A DNA stretch of 64,000 nt from Octopus sinensis. Its lineage: Eukaryota. Both the position numbers and the translations under genes were made by a program. Position 1 is the first letter of the stretch; each line of letters opens with the position of its first letter. The notes below the pieces were generated by a model. That model was not told the origin of the DNA and ran no database searches. It saw nothing but the letters and a program-made list of their open reading frames with translations. Shown piece after piece: positions 48,998 through 62,536 of the stretch. The stretch spans positions 45,818,001-45,882,000 of the forward strand of contig NC_043015.1 in the NCBI RefSeq assembly GCF_006345805.1. Reading direction: 5' to 3'.

Positions 48998-51694
48998 CAG
49001 ATGTGTTTAGAAAATCTGTTTGTTGGTTTTATGGAAAATGTCGTGTCTTGTTTGATCAGATTCAGTAAGTCTAACTTCTTACTAAAAGAACTCCTTTATG
49101 ATCAGTATTTTGATACTTACTTTCTCCAACTGTTACAATATTTATTTAATCTTTTGTTTTTGTTTAATTTAATCTTTTCTGTTTTGTTCTTACAACCCCA
49201 TCTGCTTTCTTCCTCTTTCTCTCATTCTCCTTCTCTCATTCTCCTTCTCTCATTGTCTCCCTCTCTCTGTCTCTCTTTTTTTTCACTTTTCCTCTCTGTC
49301 TCTGTTTCTCTTACTTCCTCTCATCTCTTTCCCTTTTCCTTCTATTGCCCCCTCTCTCCCCTTCTCTTTCTCTTTCTCTGTTTCTTTCTTTGTCGCTGTC
49401 TCCTTCTCTGTTTCTCTGTTTCTCCCTCTCTCGTCTTTCTTCTGCACTTTCTCTCTCTCTCTCTCGCTTTTTCTATCTATCCCTCTCACTTACTCTCTCT
49501 GTCTGCCTCTCTGCCTCTCTGTCTGCCTCTCTGCCTCTCTGTCTGTATCCCTCTCTTTTTCACCATCTGTCTCGGTATCCCTCTCTGTTCCACCCTCTGT
49601 CTCTCTCTCCTCCTCCTCCTCTCTCACCCACAAGCCTACTTTCCTTTCGTTATTGTAAATTTGTGTCGTTTTTCACTTCCTGTCCTCCTCCCGCTCTGTC
49701 TCATTACCCCTATTTTTCTTTCTTTCTTTCTTTTCTTTCCTTTCCTTTCTTAAGGGCCGATACACTTGCTTGAAGGGTAAAGGGTGAGGGTCTTCTTCTC
49801 TGAAGACCTTCCACCATCCATCTCACCATCGAGTTTCTTACTACCTTTCTATTCCTCTTTCCCCTTACTTTTTATTCTGCCGTGATAAATCACTCAATGT
49901 TAAAAAAAAAATTAGGTCAACTTGGCATTTTGCTTCGAAAATAGGTCTCGACTTGGCGTTTGGTGTTTTTACTATTTTTGTTTTTGGTACCTTTTTTTCA
50001 TATCCTGTGGTAACCAATATCGTTATTATTTAGGACAGCATGTATGGATCGTGGTCCAGCGCGCAACAGAAGATTCTTAGCATACTTAAAGTAACAATGC
50101 GGTTTCAATTCCCTACAGGGAATTACTTCAGCTTAGCCTACCAACATACTAGTCTAAAGTCTTGAAATTTAGCGAAAGAAGTTCATAGTTTCATAATTAA
50201 TCACTTACAACAAATTATATTTCAAGACATTAATTATATGAAATTCCCGTTTCGTTTTTGTTTTATCCATTAATATCAATTAAGAATAAGTGTACGTGTA
50301 TTAATTTAAAATTCAAACATGGGTGCATATGTGTGTGCGTGTGTGTGTGTGTATGTGTGTGTGCGCGCGTGTGTATGTATGTGTATGTATGTATGTGTAT
50401 ATGTATGTATGTATGTATGTATGTCTTTATATACAGTGTTAAAATACAGAAAATATAAGTGGCATTTCATGCGTTCTAAAAAAATACACGCGTTTCGGCA
50501 TATCACAGCAAGGATTACATAACTCTCTGTTGAAACATTATACATCTTCTTAAACACCTCTTCAGTGTTTAGCAAAAAAGGCAGAGAGAAAAGAAGAGCA
50601 ACAACAACAATCCCACAAGAAAATGTTATATCACCTGTAGGATTCGATCTCAGCAACTACTGTAAACCAAACAGCAGCGCTAACCATCACAACAAAGTGG
50701 CATCAGAGGTATGCATAGATAACCATGATGATTTATATACATTAGCAGTTGAATTCTTTTATATAGATTCCTACCCAGTGTTCAGCTAACTAAACGACAT
50801 GTCAGTATTTTAACGAAATACACAGACAAATAAAAAGGTATCATACTATCTAATTGCTTTGATACGCGTGTCAAGGGAACGGTAGAGACGAGGAGGATGG
50901 TATAGAAAGAAAAGGAGAGAATGAAAGACGATAAGGAGAGACGGAGAGATCTTGCCAATTATATAGTAGACATATAAGTATTGTATATAACCATGAACTC
51001 TGTTACAAATATGTAATAAAAATTCATTACACATTAAATATCGATTTTTTTTCATTATGAACAAGACTAATTTTTGTGGGTGAGGTTTAAAATTGCCTGA
51101 ATCAATATTAATACAAGATTGATACTTATTTTATCGATAATATAAAAGACAAAATTCGAAGTCCTGCATCAATGAACTATTAAATATATCCGGGGAAGGA
51201 GCCATATATGCTTTATATTCCCTAACATGTTTTTTATATCGATTATTCTCCTTTAAACATTAGTATATCGATTATACCTCTTTAAACTCATTCGGTTTTT
51301 TGGGGGATTTTTTGGCTGTTTTTTGCAATTATTCCCTCTTAAACATTCATAAACTTTGTGCATCAGATATGAGAGATTGATATTTTCACTGCTCGAAAAA
51401 TGGTGGTAGATGTCAGAACTGGTTCGATAGAATGGTGAACCAAAAATCATATGGTGTTTAGTTACGACCTTTTGGTGTCTGAGTTTAAGGCAGTACATTA
51501 GTAGAGTCGTTATAACCATCGGAATGGAATGTGTTGCTTTATTCGTTCCGGCTCTCTGTGCACAAAATTCAAATCCCGTGAAAATCAACTTTACCTTTTC
51601 ATCCTCTAAAAAACCGATAAATAAAGTAGCGGACACGTGCAGTGCATTGGCGGAATTGTTTGAGTGTTAAACGAAATGCCTTGTGCACTATATT

Positions 51695-52319
51695 CTTTAC
51701 TCTCTCTCTCTTTTACTTGTTTCAGTCATTTGACTGCGGCCATGCTGGAGCACCACCTTTAGTCGAGCAAATAGACCCCGAGAGAGACAGAGGGTGGAAC
51801 CGAGAGGGATACAGAGATAGAGGAGGGGAAAAGAGAGGGATACAGACAGAGAGGCAGAGAGAGAGAGAGAGTGAGAAAGTGAGAGGGATAGATAGAAAAA
51901 GTGAGAGATAGAGAGAGAGAGAGAAAGTGCAGGAGAGGGATGAGAGAGGGAGAGAAACAGAGAAGGAGGCAGCGACAAAGAAAGAAACAGAGAAAGAGAA
52001 AGAGAAGATTTGTAAGCCCAGTACTTATTCTATCGGTCTCTTTTGCCGAATCGCTAAGTGACGGGGGCGTAAACACACCAGCATCGGTTGTCAAGCAATA
52101 CTGGGAGGGACAAACACAGACACACAAACACACACACATATATATACATATATACGACAGGCTTCTTTCAGTTTCCGTCTACCAAATCCACTCACAAGGC
52201 ATTTGTCGACCCGGGGCTATAGCAGAAGACACTTGTCCAAGATGCCACGCAGTGGGACTGAACCCGCAACCATGTGGTTGGTTAGCAAGCTACTTACCAC
52301 ACAGCCACTCCTGCGCCTA
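51695..52319 (-). mobile_element. SINE family A interrupted by a 227-bp GA-rich insert
   Basis: The family sequence breaks at gaccccg and resumes at tttgtaagccc. Confidence 0.85.
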
Positions 52320-53044
52320 TCTGCTGTTTGCTTTCTGAAGGCGCATGGCTTAGTGGTTAGGGTAATCGACTCCCGATCGTAAGGTCATGAGTCCTATTGC
52401 CGGCGGTGCGTTGTGTTCTTGAGCAAGACACTTTATTCTACGTTGCTTCAGTTCACTCAGCTGGCAAAAATTAGTTGTACTCGTAGTTCAAAGGGCCGGC
52501 CTTGCCGCATTCTGTGTCATGCTGGAGCTCTCAGAGAACTACGTTAAGTACGTTAAGGATAAACACGTTAATTTCACGAGCAGGCTGTTCCGTTGATCGG
52601 ATCAACTGGAACCCTCATCGTCGTAACCGACGGAGAATCAGTTTCTGAATTGAAATTCAGCAGGGGGATCCAAATTCTATCGGTGCCCAGGACTGATCCC
52701 GCGACCTCGGGACTAAAATTGCAATGAATAGAATTATAGCAGTTTGCTCCTGTAATCCAACGATGACGTTGGTCTTCTGACTTGCACGTTATTTTTATCA
52801 GTGGGTTCTGAGTTCAAATTCCGCTGAGTACAAATTTGTCTTTTATCGTCGAGAAGTTCCATAAATTTTTTTTTCATAGGTCTGGAGCCGACCTGGAGCT
52901 AAACGATACCAAAATACGGATTAGCTATTAAACAACGGATTCACCCAGGAAATATACATACATACATACATACATACAAACATACATACATACATACATA
53001 CATACATACATACATACATACATACATACATACATACATACATA

Positions 53045-53490
53045 CATACAACCAAGGTGCAGAATTGATTGAAGATTATAAGCAGCAATTTTATGTTTTC
53101 ATATAATCCCATACATTTTCTATGGGGTTCAGACGAGATGATCCTGCTGAATTACCCGATACAGTAATATCAATAATTCTAAAGCTATTTTGCATGCATT
53201 TTGCCATTCGGCAAAATACAATCATCCTGTTGGAGTATAATGTAATTATGGATGACCATAAGAATCAGTAACTTATTCAGCATATCCAGAGAGGTTTTAG
53301 AGTTTATGGTTGTATTTGAGACATTATTCAAATACCGGCTCTTCCCTTTGCAGAATCCTTCTGGTCCTGTCATAATGGATTGGCGTTGTGTGCCTGTTGG
53401 AAGGATTTGTAAATTCAGTTTGATGAACAGTAAACGAAAGGAGAATTAAATGTAAATTGATAAGCAGATGTTTCGTCACTAAACATGAAT
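53045..53490 (-). mobile_element. Decayed Tc1 (DD34E-type) transposase
   Basis: Minus-strand fragments FMFSDET, TINSKTSLDML, ILQQDD and SSRLNPIENVWDYM (degenerate SPDLNPIEN.W). Confidence 0.75.
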
Positions 53491-53502
53491 TTGAGTCGGC
53501 CC

Positions 53503-53925
53503 GGATCTTTTCGGTTTGAACGGCAGTTTTTTAAAATAATTTCCACGTAACTAAACACTTTTAAACTTCGCATACTGGTAGAATGTGTTTATAAAACATC
53601 TTTTTCTCTTGGCTTTATTGAGAAAATTCTATAGTTTGTAAGATATTTGTTGTTGTTTTTTCTTCAATTTCTGCAATTTCAACCAATCACTGACGTCCAT
53701 TGAGGTAAACAACATTCTGTGCCGTATGAATATGTCCCTCGTTTAAGAAACAGATTGGGTTTATTTACATTTGTGAAGAAAAAAAGATACCCTTCCCCCT
53801 ACCCCTAACTAACCCTAAATCTAAAATAGATTGAAATGCAATAGATCGATACTAGGGTCATAATTATGGGTGACAATTTCATATGACACCGCTAGAAAAA
53901 ACTGCCGTTCAAACCGAAAAGAACC
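53503..53925 (-). mobile_element. Merlin-like MITE
   Basis: Exact 8-bp TSD gtcggccc. Confidence 0.88.
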
Positions 53926-54009
53926 GTCGGCCCTGCTGAGTCACTTAGTCCAGTATTTATGATACCAACAAAATTGCAGACGATTCTTTTTTTTTTTTTG
54001 AAGCCTTTT

Positions 54010-54098
<89 letters not shown>

Positions 54099-55424
54099 CC
54101 TTGAAATCTTATTGTAATCTACGTTTTGTTATCATAGTGCTGCATTTTACTGTTAGTAGCGATGACACTTATATACCACTGCCAGAGTAAAGGGGCGGGA
54201 AGCAACACAAAGACGACGAGTCACATGATATGAGATGTGGGTCACGAGGTCTGCCGGATGATTTGTCTCCACATGTCGAAGTAGATCGAGACAAAGATGG
54301 CCTTCCCGCTTTTCATGCTCGTAATATATATTCTGGTTGTATTTAATTGACAATAGGAAACAACATCCCCATCACCTTTTCATTTCTTTTTTGTTTTGTT
54401 TTTTTTTGTGTTTATTGTAGTAAACTTGGCCTTGCGCTTATTCAAGGAAAAATCAATAAAAACCTGGAGTCTATTCATGTGATCACACATTTTCCAAATA
54501 AACTCCGCCATACCCCCTTCCTCACTAATGTAAAAGAGAATAAGAATTATACAAAATAAAACAGGCAACAATATAACAAAAGAGGGATTACGGCAGATTT
54601 GCTGCCGAAATTGGACACAAATGTTGAAAAACCTACAATAATTCCTCGCTAAATTATTTTTATTTCACCACAAAATCCGAAAATAATTTGCTAAAAATCA
54701 ATAAATTAAATTCTTCAATTCAGTATTCTCACGTAGTTCGAATTTTTTGGTGCTTTTTTGTTGTTGTTTTATCTTTGTATGTATGTGACAATTCTTCGTT
54801 TTGCATCATTCCTTTTTATTAATCAATATTTTTGTCTTTTTAATTTTATTAACCGTTTTTCTCTTTTTTTGCATTTACTTTTTTAATACGATTATATATT
54901 TCTAAAATATAAAACTTAACCTAATTCCTTTACAGTTCCCAGTTTCCCTTCTTTGTTATATATATATATTTTTTTTGTTTCTCATCATTAATTTCGGGAA
55001 AAAAGCTATATCTGGATAAGTTTGCAAAATACATCCATGAATGAATTTTGTTTTTCGCCCACATTCGAAACAAAACAAATGAACACAACATTAAAATGAA
55101 AAGAGAATTTGTTGACGCCTTATTTTAATAAGCTCACGTTTTGCTTTCTTTGAAAATAATAACATGCGCTCGCCGTTCAATCTGAAGGTGAACCAACCAA
55201 CAACGAATCTAATTTAATTATTGATAAAAGTGATTTTCTTCTTCAAGCGTAATTAAAAATAGTCGGATGTCATAGGTTTTCTAGAGCATGTCTGTTGCTG
55301 GTCGTTTTATATACGAACCACTCGTGAAATCAACAACTACGACAATATGTGTAGCTATACCCGTTATCTTATCCGTTACTGGTTTGTTTATATGCTAACC
55401 ACCGGTGATGTCAGCAACTTATAA

Positions 55425-55640
55425 TCTTTTCTGCTTTAGGCACAAGGCTCGAAATTTTGGGGGGAGGGGGACAGTCGATTAGATCGACCCCAGTATGCAA
55501 CTGGTGCTTAATTTATCGACCCCGAAAGGATGAAAGGCAAAGTCGACCTCGACGGAATTTGAACTCAGAACGCAAAGACAGACGAAATACCGCTAAACAT
55601 TTCGTCTGGCACGCTACCGATTCTGCCAGCTCACCGCCCT
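55425..55640 (-). mobile_element. SINE family B monomer (alternative tail)
   Basis: Reverse complement of the family B head and body. Confidence 0.8.
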
Positions 55641-55917
55641 CAACTTCCATATAATACTGCTATAAAATGCTGCTAATGACTGTTCTCAGTTCAACAGCGC
55701 TTGATGAGGTGAATAGTCACCTAATCAGAAAGGTTCCTTCGAGGTAAAGAGAGGTAAATATTCCATATCTTCTTTACTTGATGCATAAGGGTTCCATAAA
55801 ATCAGAACAGTGGTTATGCACTTTAAGTGGATAACAAGGGATATATATATCGGGTTAACTAACATTGCACTACCTATAGGTGTGTGTGTGTGTGTGTGTG
55901 TGTGTGGTGCGTGTGTG

Positions 55918-55963
<46 letters not shown>

Positions 55964-56439
55964 GTATGTATGCCTAATTCTTTTTTTTAATTTTTTAGTT
56001 AAATTTTTTCCGCGTCTTTATAGATGGGTATATACAAAATAGATTTCGACAAACAACGCCATGATGTGCCAGACTAATAACCCCTACCTTCCAAACGCCA
56101 ACAGGAAATACCCTAAACAACAACACGTGTGTTTGAAAATCTAAAGAGCGAAAGCGCTTTCACACGATGCACAAACCCCCTTCTAGAAAGCTTGTCTTCA
56201 TCTGCGGAAATTTTTTATATTATAAATCATTTTTATTTTGACAAAATCTTTCCTAAAGTAAATATATAGTTTACATATATGTATACATATATATATACAT
56301 ACGTGTATATATCCTTTTAGTCGAAAGACACCTGTTGTTATTCTTGTTGTTAGTATTTGTAATCGTGTAACATTTTCTCCGTTTTCTTGTTTATTTTTTG
56401 TCCGTGTTGTCGCACATATTCCTTCGCTTTCTTCCAAAC

Positions 56440-57295
56440 ATTTAATGCCCTTAGCTTAGATTTTTGGGGCCTGGGGCCTGCCAATTTTGGACAGTCTCAA
56501 GTCAAACAGGCCGAAACTGTAGTGATGATTGGAAGCTTGACTGATGAATAAAAAGCCACAAATGTCCCGTCCTGGTTTTCCCGTCCGTCTTTGTATCGTC
56601 CATCTGTCTGTATGTTTTTATTGTCGTCCTTTACATTCTTATTCCATTGGGGGCGGGGGGGTTATATAAATATATATGTATTCGCAATTGTGTACCATGT
56701 TCTCCGTATTTTGCTTTTCTTTTCGTCTTTGTTGCCGTACACATTCGCTAGCTTTCTTACAAAGGGGTCCAATGCTTTTGCTTAGACTATTTTTGGGAAA
56801 ACCAGATTGAACAATCTCAAGTGTAACAGGCCGAAACTGTAGTGATGATTGGAAGCTTGACTGATGAATAAAAGCCACAAATGTCCCGTCCTGGTCTTCC
56901 TGTCCGTCTTTGTATCGTCCATCTGTCTGTATGTTTTTATTGTCGTCCTTTACATTCTTATTCCGTTTTTTTTTGGGGGGGGGTTATATAAATATATATG
57001 TATTCGCAATTGTGTACCATGTTCTCCGTATTTTGCTTTTCTTTTCGTCTTTGTTGCCGTACACATTCGCTAGCTTTCTTACAAAGGGGTCCAATGCTTT
57101 TGCTTAGACTATTTTTGGGAAAACCAGATTGAACAATCTCAAGTGTAACAGGCCGAAACTGTAGTGATGATTGGAAGCTTGACTGATGAATAGAAAGCCA
57201 CGAATATTGCGTCCTGGTTTTCCTGTCCGTCTTTGTATCGTCCATCTGTCTGTATGTTTTTATTGTCGTCCGCTACGTTCTTGTTCCGTTTTGGG
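56440..57295. repeat. ~320-bp tandem repeat, about 2.7 copies
   Basis: caggccgaaactgtagtgatgattggaagcttgactgatgaat recurs near 56507, 56827 and 57148. Confidence 0.92.
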
Positions 57296-57298
57296 GGA

Positions 57299-57342
<44 letters not shown>

Positions 57343-57473
57343 TGTGTATGTATGCATCTATATTACTATTTAGCAGAAGCAACAGAGTAACTCAAGGGGC
57401 CGAGCGTTATAAAAGTATAAAATATCACCACCGAAGTTTCATGTTGCAATGGGAATAAATCATATCATCAGCC

Positions 57474-57761
57474 GTGTGTGTGTGTGTGTGTGTGTGGTGT
57501 TTGTATGTGTGTGTCTGTGTGCGTGTGTGTGTGTTTGTGTGTGCGTGTGTGCGTGCGTGTGTGTGTGTGTGTGTGTGTGTGCGTGTGTGTGTGTTTGTGT
57601 GTGTGTTTGTGCTTGTGTGTGTTTGTGCTTGTGTGTGTGTGTGCGTGTTTGTGTGTGCGTGTGTGTTTGTATGTGTGTGCGTGTGTGTGTGCGTGTTTGT
57701 GCGTTTGTGTGTTTGTGCGTGTGTGTGTGTGTGTGCGGTGTGTGTGTGTTTGTGTGTTTGT

Positions 57762-57853
<92 letters not shown>

Positions 57854-57993
57854 CTGTGTGTTTGTGTGTGTATGTTTGTGTATGTGTCTCTGTGTATGTC
57901 TGTGTGTGTGTGTCTGTGTGTGTATGTCTGTGTGTGTGTCTGTGTCTGTGTCTCTGTGTGTGTGTGTGTATGTGTGTGTGTGTGTGTGTGTGT
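57474..57993. repeat. (TG)n degenerate microsatellite
   Basis: Seen directly. Confidence 0.95.
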
Positions 57994-58435
57994 ATAACAT
58001 GTATATATTTGTTTCGTTGTCTCACTTCTTAACTCTCTGACCTTCTTTAGCATCCTAACTCCGTTATTTCTTTTGTCTACACTTATCGTCAATTTGCCTC
58101 GCGCCAAGTCTATTACCGACGCAAGATGTAAGAAAGCATGATACATACATGTGAATGCATGTACTTATATACTTGTGTGCCTCTGTGTGCCTGTGTTTGT
58201 GTGTTTGCGTGAGTTTATATACATATGTGTCTGCGCTTATATCTAATATGTATTAACCATCAAGGCGAAGTAGTAAAACAGAGAAGCATATGGGATAACA
58301 AACAGAAACCATCTGTATAAATATCACCATCCGTACCATCTCCCATCCATGCATCCATGCATATATCCCTCCAGCCAAATATTACACGCATCGCTACGAG
58401 TGTATGTGCACCAATATGCGGTTCGTTTGGTTGCT

Positions 58436-59764
58436 AAGGCGGCGAGATGGCAGAAACGTTAGCACGCCGGGCGAAATGCGCAGCCGTATTTTGGTCTGCC
58501 GTTACGTTCTGGGTTCAAATTCCGCCGAGGTCGACTTTGCCTTTCGTCCTTTCGGAGTCGATTAAATAAGTACCAGTTACGCACTGGAGGTCGATATAAT
58601 CGACTTAATCCGATTGTCTGTCCTTGTTTGTCCCCTCTGTGTTTAGCCCCTTGTGGGTAGTAAAGAAATAGGTATTTCGTCTGAGTTCAAATTTCGCCGA
58701 GGTCGACTTTGCCTTTCATCCTTTCGGGGGTCGATAAATTAAGTACCAGTTACGCATTGGGGTCGATGTAATCGACTTAATCCCTTTCTCTGTCCTTCTT
58801 TGTCCCTTCCGTGTTTAGCCCCTTGTGGGTAGTAAAGAAATAGGTATTTCGTCTACCGTTACGTTCTGAGTTCAAATTCCGCCGAGGTCGACTTTGCCTT
58901 TCATTCTTTCGGGGGTCGATTAAATAAAGTACCAGTTTCGCACTGGGGTCGATATAATCGACTTAATCCGTTTGTCTGTCCTTGTTTGTCCGTTGTGTGT
59001 TTAGCCCCCTGTGGGTAGTAAAGAAATAGGTATTTCGTCTACCGTTACGTTCTGAGTTGAAATTCCGCCGAGGTCGACTTTACCTTTCATCCTTTAGGAG
59101 TCGATTAAATAAGTACCAGTTACGCACTGGGGTTGATGTAATCGACTTAATCTCTTTGTCTGCTCTTGTTTGTCCTCTCTGTGTTTAGCCCCTTGTGGGT
59201 AGTAAAGAAATAGGTATTTCGTCTACCGTTACGTTCTGAGTTGAAATTCCACCGAGGTCGACTTTACCTTTCATCCTTTCGGAGTCGATTAAGTAAGTAC
59301 CAGTTACGCACTGGGGTCGATGTAATCGACTTAATCCGTGTATCTGTCCTTCTTTGTCCTTTCTGTGTTTAGCCCCTTGTGGGTAGTAAAGAAATAGGTA
59401 TTTCGTCTGCCGTTACGTTCTGAGTTGAAATTCCGCCGAGGTCGACTTTGCTTTTCATCCTTTCGGAGTCGATTAAATAAGTACCAGTTACGCACTGGGG
59501 TCGATATAATCGACTTAATCCGTGTGTATGTCCTTGTTCGTCCTCTCTGTGTTTAGCCCCTTGTGCGTAGTAAAGAAATAAGTATTTCGTCTGCCGTTAC
59601 GTTCTGAGTACAAATTCCGCCGAGGTCGACTTTGCCTTTCATCCTTTTGGGGTCGATAAATAAAGTACCAGTTTCGCCCTGGGGTCGATATAATCGACTT
59701 ATTCTCTTTATCTGTCCTTGTTTGTCCCCTCTATGTTTAGCCCCTTGTGGGTAGTAAAGAAATA
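58436..59764 (+). mobile_element. SINE family B heptamer (one head, seven ~180-bp body units)
   Basis: Units start near 58486, 58671, 58843, 59029, 59213, 59397 and 59581. Confidence 0.92.
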
Positions 59765-60219
59765 AATATGCTTGTTTGCTTGCTTGTTTGTTTACTGATA
59801 GTCGTGCAGTTGAGATTCAAATTATGCGACTCGGTTTCGAATCTCGGTCGAAGAAGTCAAGTCGTTTTAACCTCAGTTTCCTTTGGTTAGCTAACGTTCA
59901 TTCATTCGTGGAAAACATAAATAATGGATGGATAAATAAATAAGTAAAATAAATAAACAAATAAATAAAACATGAACATTGGAAATTCTCGGCCACCCTT
60001 GTCTTTAAAAACTCAGAGGTTTTTCATTAAGGTAGTGTGGGCCGCTGTGTGCTGGCATTGTCGGGATTTAATTCCATTTCTCTACGTTGGAACGTTCAAA
60101 TCTCATGGGTATCAACTTCGACTTTTAGTCCCTTTGGAGATCATTAAATAAATAGTAATAATACGCTAAGGTTGCAGGTCATTAATTAATTAATTAATTT
60201 AATTATTTGTATAGTTAAA

Positions 60220-60658
60220 GGATCTTTTTGGTTTGAACGGCAGTTTTTTCTAGCGGTGTCATATGAAATTGTCACCCATAATTATGACCCTAGAATCGAT
60301 CTATTGCATTTCAATCTCTTTTAGGGTTAGGGTTAGTTAGGGTTAGGGTCAGGGTTAGGGATGGGGGGAAGGGTATCTTTTTTTCTTCACAAATGTAAAT
60401 AAACCCAATTTGTTTCTTAAACGAGGGACATATTCATACGGCACAGAATGTTGTTTACCTCAATGGACGTCAGTGATTGGTTAAAATTGCAGAAATTGAA
60501 GAAAAAAACAACAAATATCTTACACACTATAAAATTTTCTCAATAAAGCCAAGAGAAAAAGATGTTTTATAAACACATTCTACCAGTATACGAAGTTTAA
60601 AAGTGTTTAGTTACGTGGAAATTATTTTAAAAAACTGCCGGTCAAACCGAAAAGATCC
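60220..60658 (+). mobile_element. Merlin-like MITE
   Basis: Flanks tagttaaa / tagttaag; internal TTAGGG repeats. Confidence 0.88.
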
Positions 60659-61076
60659 TAGTTAAGTCATGGCGGCAAATTGGTGGCGTCGCTAGAGCTT
60701 CGATATTTGTTTTGGCTTCCATCACAACTTTAAGTTCAAATTTCGCCGAGGTCAGGTTTCTCCTTAAGGTAACAGTGAAGTACTAGAATCGAATCTTCTC
60801 TCTCTTTCGCAAGGAGTCGAACAAATGCCACAGAACATTCTAAGCGGCGCTCTGCCAATTCGTCATCATGTAAATTGTCATGTGAGATACCTCGTCATTC
60901 ATGATATTTTGTTTGGTACAAGGAGACTGCAGGAGGCAACAATGCTCTAGGTGAGATCATGCATAGAAATAAAAGAATAATGACATCACATCCACTGGAC
61001 CGGAAAAGTAGTTCTGAGTCACCGTAACGACTTCGTTGATAACAGATGCGTTCCATCTGAAATTATTGAAAATTAC

Positions 61077-61488
61077 GGATTTTTTCGGTTTGAACGGCAC
61101 TTTTTTCTAGCGGTGTCATATGAAATTGCCACCCATAATTATGACCCTAGCATCGATCTATTGCATTTCAATCTATTTTAGGATTAGGGTTAGGGTTAGG
61201 GGTGCCTTTTTTTCTTCACCAATGTAAATAAACCCAATCTGTTTCTTAAACGAGGGACATATTCATACGGCACAGAATGTTGTTTACCTCAATGGATGTC
61301 AGTGATTGGTTGAAATTGCCGAAATGCAAGAAATTAAAGACCAAATATCTTACAAACTATAGAATTTTCTCAATAAAGCCAAGAGAAAAAGATGTTTTAT
61401 AAACACATTCTACCAGTATACGAAGTTTAAAATATTTTTAGTTACCTAGAAATTATGTTAAAAACTGCCGTTCAAACCGTAAAGATCC
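61077..61488 (+). mobile_element. Merlin-like MITE
   Basis: Exact 8-bp TSD aaaattac. Confidence 0.88.
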
Positions 61489-61722
61489 AAAATTACTCTT
61501 AAATTAAAACGCCACGAAATTTATCCGAGAAGAATTTGGCCGTTTGAGCGCATACTCATTAGCTTCATTTGAATGATATTAATCAGATGAGGTTAATCCA
61601 CTTCTGAGTGGGGTGGTTAGGATTGACCCATGTGCTTAGCTGATAATTTGATATTAGTGGTTCTCAACCTGGAACCATATCCCCCTTGAGAATCCATTTA
61701 AGATTTTACTTTTAACATTTAT

Positions 61723-62134
61723 ACTCTTTTACTCTTTTACTTGTTTCAGTCATTTGACTGCGGCCATGCTGGAGCACCGCCTTCAGTCGAGCAAATCGAC
61801 CCCGGGACTTATGCTTTGTAAGCCCATTACTTATTCTATCTGTGTCTCTCTTGCCGAACCTCTAAGTGACGAGGACGCAAACACACCAGCATCGGTTGTC
61901 AAGCAATGCTAGGGGGACACACACAGACACACAAACACACACACACACATACATATATATACATATATACGACAGGCTTCTTTCAGTTTCCGTCTACCAA
62001 ATCCACTCACAAGGCATTGGTCGGCCCGGGGCTATAGCAGAAGACACTTGCCCAAGATGCCACGCAGTGGGACTGAACCCGGAAGCATGTGGTTGGTTAG
62101 CAAGCTACTTACCACACAGCCACTCCTGCGCCTA
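61723..62134 (-). mobile_element. SINE family A, full length
   Basis: Reverse complement of family A. Confidence 0.88.
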
Positions 62135-62318
62135 TATTTGCGTAATAATTTCGTTATACTTCCATAATAAACAAATTATTTTAATACTACATTTTTATAC
62201 AGTTCCTAATATTTAATTATAAAAATATAATAAGATTTTGAAAATATTGAATAGTATGACGGTCCAATAGAACAAAATGGGTATCTTAGGGATCCATAGG
62301 CAAAAATAGTTAATAAAT

Positions 62319-62496
62319 AGGCGCAGGGGTGGCTGTGTGGTAAGTAGCTTGCTTACAAACCACAAGGTTCTGGATTCAGTCCCACTGCATGGCACCTTGG
62401 ACAAGTGTCTTCTACTATAGCCTCGGGCCGACCAAAGCCTTGTGAGAGGATTCGGTAGACGGAAACTGAAAGAAGCCCGTCGTAAATATGTATATA

Positions 62497-62536
<40 letters not shown>

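Noticed and set aside
49001-49773. 250-aa Leu/Ser/Phe-rich membrane-like ORF
   Set aside because: Translation of CT-rich low-complexity sequence.
53185-53449. Host exon candidates on either strand
   Set aside because: Better explained as a decayed Tc1 transposase (LNPIENVW motif).
58436-59764. tRNA gene cluster or CRISPR array
   Set aside because: Units are SINE bodies with a B box but no cloverleaf and no spacers.
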